This document shows positions 6,852-11,304 of a stretch of 11,304 nt of DNA, piece after piece. The notes beneath the pieces are model-generated. The model was not told where the DNA came from, made no database searches, and saw nothing but the letters and a program-made list of their open reading frames with translations. A program made the translations under genes and the position numbers. The stretch's first letter is position 1, and each line of letters opens with the position of its first letter. Source of the DNA: Bacteriovoracaceae bacterium (GTDB lineage Bacteria > Bdellovibrionota > Bacteriovoracia > Bacteriovoracales > Bacteriovoracaceae); contig JBMYPC010000100.1 in assembly GCA_049599895.1 (NCBI GenBank), positions 1-11,304 of the forward strand, given 5' to 3'.

Positions 6852-6964
6852 AAACCTAACTTTCCTTAGACAATTTCTATGCTTATCATTATGCCTTAAA
6901 TCTTATAGACCAAATATTTAAAAAAACTGACAATAGAGAAAAAGTAATCACAAAAGGAAAACTT

Positions 6965-7432
6965 ATGACTCAGCTATATGACTTCAAAGCCACATTGAAT
7001 AATGGAGAAGAAGTCTCCATAGAAAAGTTTAAAGGAAAATATCTTCTTATCGTAAACACCGCTAGTAAGTGTGGCTTTACCCCTCAATACAAAGTCCTTG
7101 AAGAGCTCTATCAAAATCAAAAAGAGAATCTTGAGATTCTTGCCTTTCCCTGTAACCAATTCGGAGCACAAGAACCCGGAAGTGATGACGAGATCCAATC
7201 TTTTTGTGAGCTTAATTATGGCGTCACATTTCCGCTTTTTCAAAAAGTTGACGTCAATGGAGACAGCGCTCACCCTCTTTTTCAATATGCGAAATCGGCC
7301 CTCCCGGGACTTCTAGGTAGTGAAAAAATTAAGTGGAACTTCACTAAATTTCTCTTTTCCCCAGAAGGAAAACCTCTTAAAAGATATGCTCCTAAAGATA
7401 ACCCTAAAAAAATTGAACAAGACCTGAGTTGA
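6965..7432 (+). CDS. gpx: Glutathione peroxidase family protein (Cys type, BtuE/Gpx-like)
   Basis: NTASKCGFTPQY, FPCNQFG.QEPG and KWNFTKFL signature motifs. Confidence 0.96.
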   Translation: MTQLYDFKATLNNGEEVSIEKFKGKYLLIVNTASKCGFTPQYKVLEELYQNQKENLEILAFPCNQFGAQEPGSDDEIQSFCELNYGVTFPLFQKVDVNGDSAHPLFQYAKSALPGLLGSEKIKWNFTKFLFSPEGKPLKRYAPKDNPKKIEQDLS

Positions 7433-7442
7433 TCTCATTTTA

Positions 7443-7460
7443 CTCTAGAATTTTCTAGAG
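7443..7460. promoter_or_regulatory. Intergenic palindrome (operator-like)
   Basis: ctctagaa-tt-ttctagag, perfect 8-bp arms, between gpx and tcdA. Confidence 0.35.
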
Positions 7461-7480
7461 AAATAAGATAGCAATGAGTT

Positions 7481-8263
7481 ATGGAACAATTTAGAGCAAT
7501 TGAGAGTCTCTATGGCAAGTCTGCTGTTCAGACACTTTTAAAATCTCATGTCTGCATCATTGGATTGGGTGGCGTTGGCTCTTGGAGTGCGGAGGCCTTA
7601 ATCAGATCAGGAATCGGAAAGATCACACTCATCGACCTTGATGAAATTTGTATTACCAATACAAACCGACAAATTCATGCCAATACAAAGACAGTGGGAA
7701 AATCAAAAATTGAAATCCTAAAGAGTCGTTTTCTCAAGATTAATCCTGAAGCTCAGATTGAACTTATTCACGACTTCATAACTAAGGAAAACATATCTCG
7801 AATCGAAAAACTTCATGCTGAGAACCCCATTGATTTTATCATCGATGCTGTTGATGGAGTTTCTGCAAAATGCTCTATCATTTCATGTTCGAAGGAGTTA
7901 AATATTCCCATTATCACCACCGGTGCCGCCGCTGGAAAAGTCGACCCTACCAAAATTCAAGTTTCTGATATTAGTCTTACGCAGAATGATAGGCTCCTGA
8001 AACAGGTGAAAAGGCTTCTAAAAAAAGAATACGGCTTTCCTAGAGAGAAAGGTAAACTCGGAGTTATGAGTGCTTCAAGTATTGAGAAAGCTTCTATGGG
8101 AGGAAACTCTTCTTGCGAAGTTAAAACAGGTAAACTCGACTGCGATGGTAGCCTTGGCTCAGTTTGCTTTGTCACGGCAAGCGTCGGATTTGCAGCCTCT
8201 AGCTACGTGACTAATTGGCTTTCAAATTCAAGAGGATCTTCTCTCGATGAATCACTATCTTGA
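7481..8263 (+). CDS. tcdA: tRNA threonylcarbamoyladenosine dehydratase (ThiF/E1-like family)
   Basis: IGLGGVGSWSAEAL.RSGIG, DLDEICITNTNRQIHA, GAAAGKVDPT and C-terminal LDC..S.G....VTA. Confidence 0.9.
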   Translation: MEQFRAIESLYGKSAVQTLLKSHVCIIGLGGVGSWSAEALIRSGIGKITLIDLDEICITNTNRQIHANTKTVGKSKIEILKSRFLKINPEAQIELIHDFITKENISRIEKLHAENPIDFIIDAVDGVSAKCSIISCSKELNIPIITTGAAAGKVDPTKIQVSDISLTQNDRLLKQVKRLLKKEYGFPREKGKLGVMSASSIEKASMGGNSSCEVKTGKLDCDGSLGSVCFVTASVGFAASSYVTNWLSNSRGSSLDESLS

Positions 8264-8963
8264 TTTTCATACACATCATTCAGAAAAAAAAGAAATTCAA
8301 AAAACTCAATCGGTCATCAATATACGGGCTTTTCACGATGAAGACATCATCGAAAAGATTACTAAAACCAACGATTACTTCACCTATGGACTTCATCCTT
8401 GGGATATTGCAGGTACTGATAATGAGTCTCAGGTGGAGACTTACCTTGAAAGGCTTGATCAACTTGGTCTTCATCCTAATTTTTTAGCACCAGGAGAAAT
8501 AGGCCTTGATCGAAGCCGAAAAGAAAACTTTCAAAAACAAAAAGTTCTTTTTGAAAATCTCATAACCTCTCAAAGTTTTAAGAACTTTCCTTTTGTCATT
8601 CTTCACAATGTTCGTTCTTCATCTGACATTCTTGAAATTATCAAAAAGAATAAAGTAACGAAAACTTTTATCTCTCATGACTATAATGGAAGTATTGAAG
8701 AGATGAAGTCTCTGGTTAAATCAAACTTCTCTTTTAGTTTTGGCCCAAAGATTCTCACCCCCCAAACCAAAGCATTTGAAACCATTAAACAAACTCCTCT
8801 CGATCGAATCTTTTTTGAAACTGACGAGCAAACACAATATTCTCTTTCTGAGATCTATTCGCAGGCTTCGAAACTTCTAGGAATTTCTCTTGATAAACTT
8901 TTAGAACAAGTGAACAGGAACTTCGAATCACTCAAAACGCAAAGGAAGTCTTTCGATGGATAA
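8247..8963 (+). CDS. tatD: TatD family metal-dependent nuclease
   Basis: DFHTH, GLHPW, GEIGLD, LH, SH and FETD motifs. Overlaps both neighbours. Confidence 0.88.
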   Translation: MNHYLDFHTHHSEKKEIQKTQSVINIRAFHDEDIIEKITKTNDYFTYGLHPWDIAGTDNESQVETYLERLDQLGLHPNFLAPGEIGLDRSRKENFQKQKVLFENLITSQSFKNFPFVILHNVRSSSDILEIIKKNKVTKTFISHDYNGSIEEMKSLVKSNFSFSFGPKILTPQTKAFETIKQTPLDRIFFETDEQTQYSLSEIYSQASKLLGISLDKLLEQVNRNFESLKTQRKSFDG

Positions 8964-9747
8964 TCCTCTTAAAGTTCTTTACCAAGACGAAGACTTTGTC
9001 GTGACACATAAATCCTCAGGACTGCTTGTCCACCCAGAAAGAAGAGGACAGATGAAAGAGACCCTTATGGGTAAATTAAGAGATCAACTAGGTCTCACTC
9101 TTTTTCCGCTTCACCGACTCGACCGTCCTGTCAGTGGTCTCGTGTGGTTTTGCCTTAATAAAGAGATTGTTCCCAAGGCCCAACTCTATTGGCATCACCA
9201 AAGCACACTCAAATGGTATATCGCTCTTGTCAAAGGAGAGCCCGAGGAGTCAGGACAGTTCTGCACACCTATGGAGGGAGAAAAGAACAAGGGATCAAAA
9301 AAGAAACATTTTAAACTCGCCAACACTCTTTATTGGAAAATTCATTCTTTTAAGGAGGAAAACTGTTCTCTAATGCTTGTCTTGATTCGAACAGGAAGAC
9401 ATCATCAAATCCGAAGACATTTTAGAAGGTTCTTCTTTCCCCTCATTGGTGACACGAAGTACGGAAAGGGAGAAATCAATCGAAGATTTAGAGAAAAGTA
9501 CAACTTTCAAAGAATTTTTCTTCACTGTTACCAAGTGAACTACTTTCATCCAAACGACAAACAAGAAAAGATCGTTAAAGCTGAAGCTTTAGAAGATTTA
9601 CAAGATCTACTCAAAACATTGTTAAAAGATGAGACACAAAACTTTGAAGGGCTAATAGACCGAGTTCAAAAGCAGATTTTGAACTTTAAACCACCAAAAG
9701 ACTTTGACACGTTTTTCAAGTCAAAGTCTTTCGGTAATAAAAATTAG
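8956..9747 (+). CDS. RluA-family pseudouridine synthase, TruC-like
   Basis: K.SGLLVH, HRLDRPVSG (catalytic Asp), TGRHHQIRRH and PLIGDTKYG. No S4 domain. Confidence 0.9.
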   Translation: MDNPLKVLYQDEDFVVTHKSSGLLVHPERRGQMKETLMGKLRDQLGLTLFPLHRLDRPVSGLVWFCLNKEIVPKAQLYWHHQSTLKWYIALVKGEPEESGQFCTPMEGEKNKGSKKKHFKLANTLYWKIHSFKEENCSLMLVLIRTGRHHQIRRHFRRFFFPLIGDTKYGKGEINRRFREKYNFQRIFLHCYQVNYFHPNDKQEKIVKAEALEDLQDLLKTLLKDETQNFEGLIDRVQKQILNFKPPKDFDTFFKSKSFGNKN

Positions 9748-10061
9748 AGAACTTTATTGATACTTGTTTCGATATCTGATTTTGGAACATTTCCAACAAG
9801 AGTCTCAACAACTTTTCCTTCTTTGAAGATCATCATTGTTGGGATACTTCGGATTCCATATTTTTGAGCAAGTTCTTGGTTGGTATCAACCTCAACTTTA
9901 AAAACTTCAATTTTCTCAGAATACTCACTTCCAATTTCCTCAAGCGTTGGCGCTAATGCCTTACAAGGACCACACCACTCTGCCCAGAAATCAACAAGTG
10001 TTGGTTTTGGATTGTTTAATACTTCTTGGTCAAAGGAACCGGCGTCAGTTTGCTTCACCAT
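9744..10061 (-). CDS. trxA: Thioredoxin
   Basis: 105 aa with VDFWAEWCGPCK and GIRSIPT. SD GAGGAG. Confidence 0.97.
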   Translation of the reverse strand: MVKQTDAGSFDQEVLNNPKPTLVDFWAEWCGPCKALAPTLEEIGSEYSEKIEVFKVEVDTNQELAQKYGIRSIPTMMIFKEGKVVETLVGNVPKSDIETSINKVL

Positions 10062-10343
10062 AAATTACTCCTCAAGTTGGGCTTGATTGACAACAATACT
10101 CCAATTTAGCACACGCTCTTTGAAATGTCGTGATACAAATGCTAGGACAGAGTCAATATCCATACAAAAATCAAAGACTTCCCCAAGCTTCATATCAGAA
10201 GCGCAGCGCACCATCTGCCTTGTCTTTTCAAGAGGCAAAACTTGCCCACACCAGGGTCCTTTTATCAGGTAATGCTAAAATCAAGACTGTCTACTGGTGG
10301 AGTCTCAATCATAATCGGAACCTCTCAATCTGCGGAGTCATGA

Positions 10344-11255
10344 ATGGATACGAATCAGCAACCTGTACGAATGGACCTTCTCCTTAAAGAAAGAGGAGTC
10401 TTAAGAGATAAGTATTGGCGCCTAAAAAGACTCTACGATACTGAGCAAGCAGCCCACAACACAAAGGCCAATCTTTTAGAAGATGCCCTCACTAAAATGG
10501 AAGAAGAAAGAGAAAAGCAACGCATCCAAAGAGAGGAGTTTGAAGCTGAAAAAGAGCAAATTCAAAGCTTAAAAACCAAACTCTCTACCCTTCTCCACGC
10601 AACGAAGGGCAAGCTAGAAGGAATCAAAGCCAAAGAAGAGGAACTTAAAAGTATCAGTGATGACAGACTCCATTATCTTGATGAGCAAAGAGAAAAACTA
10701 AGAATCCAAAGTGAACAATACAAATCTCTTATTATCAGTAAAGAACAAGAACTTGAAACTCGTGAAGGCTTAATTAGTGAATACGCCGTTTCAAGAGCAA
10801 AGCTGAAAGAACTCAACATTGCTTTAGAAAGTGCTTCTAAAGAAAAAGAAGACCTCATTCTTCAAAGAGATAAAATTAAATCAGAGATCGAACATTACAA
10901 TGAGCAAAAGAAGAAAACTCAAACCGAAGAGTTTAAGTCCTTCACAGAAAAAACCAAAGCTTATGAAGTGGCGATTGAAGAGTATCAAACAAAGGCCAAA
11001 GAACTCGAAGAAGAGAAGAAACGATTTGTTGCAGAAAGAATTGTTTTAAATGAAAAGAAACGAATGCTAGAAAAAGAAGCAAAGCTTCTTGAGAAGAATA
11101 AAAAGAACTTTCAGGCCAATTCAAAGAACCTTGAAATTCAGACTCAAAAAGTGAAAACCATGCAAGCTTCACTTCAAAACAAGATTCATGAGGTCAATGA
11201 GAAGTCTCAAAAAATTGATCAAAAAATGCTTCACTTTGATAAGCGCATTTGCTAA
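10344..11255 (+). CDS. Long coiled-coil hypothetical protein, stop codon inside the terminal repeat
   Basis: 303 aa, E/K/Q/L-rich heptad character, no Pro after the N-terminus. GGAG upstream. The final TGC TAA (11250-11255) lies within the repeat. Confidence 0.75.
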   Translation: MDTNQQPVRMDLLLKERGVLRDKYWRLKRLYDTEQAAHNTKANLLEDALTKMEEEREKQRIQREEFEAEKEQIQSLKTKLSTLLHATKGKLEGIKAKEEELKSISDDRLHYLDEQREKLRIQSEQYKSLIISKEQELETREGLISEYAVSRAKLKELNIALESASKEKEDLILQRDKIKSEIEHYNEQKKKTQTEEFKSFTEKTKAYEVAIEEYQTKAKELEEEKKRFVAERIVLNEKKRMLEKEAKLLEKNKKNFQANSKNLEIQTQKVKTMQASLQNKIHEVNEKSQKIDQKMLHFDKRIC

Positions 11256-11304
11256 GGTGCCAGACACTTTCAGTTCATGCGTTATGAGAGATCCCAGGCT
11301 TTTG
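11250..11304. repeat. Right copy of the 55-bp inverted repeat
   Basis: Exact reverse complement of 1-55. Confidence 0.97.

Noticed and set aside
7061..7078. Selenocysteine recoding in the glutathione peroxidase
   Set aside because: The active-site codon is TGT (Cys) and there is no in-frame TGA.
10087..10387. ORFs 10087-10272 and 10130-10387
   Set aside because: No recognisable motif or SD, atypical composition, and they lie in a divergent promoter region. The longer one overlaps the coiled-coil gene start.
506..11172. Remaining short ORFs in the six-frame track that overlap the called genes
   Set aside because: They are antisense or out-of-frame shadows of well-supported genes and carry no motifs.
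1..11304. Complete linear plasmid, phage or autonomous transposon with terminal inverted repeats
   Set aside because: No polymerase, terminal protein, capsid, integrase or transposase gene. Content is housekeeping, and the exact 55-bp length matches a common assembler k-mer.

Overview
AT-rich bacterial chromosomal segment, probably a whole contig, with mostly housekeeping genes: acylphosphatase-like protein, RsmB/RsmF-type m5C RNA methyltransferase, class I SAM methyltransferase, small membrane protein, orphan paaZ, two stand-alone CheY-like receivers, exported ankyrin-repeat protein, a gpx-tcdA-tatD-truC-like run, trxA and a coiled-coil protein. Gene style suggests a Bdellovibrionota/Bacteriovoracales-like host, but this is only an impression. 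No transposase, integrase, phage, cas, rRNA or tRNA gene was recognised. The unexplained structure is mostly non-coding. (1) A ~100-110 bp two-hairpin dispersed repeat occurs as 2 full copies plus 1 partial copy, in promoter regions. (2) The SAM methyltransferase next to copy 1 is split by a -1 frameshift at a T9 tract, and the shifted frame ends in a GTGA overlap with the next gene. (3) The window ends form an exact 55-bp inverted repeat, most likely an assembly k-mer overlap into a second repeat family, with a stuttered terminus at the left end. (4) Three TAATG-coupled micro-ORFs with a strong SD lie upstream of a response regulator. These are leads, not a demonstrated new system.
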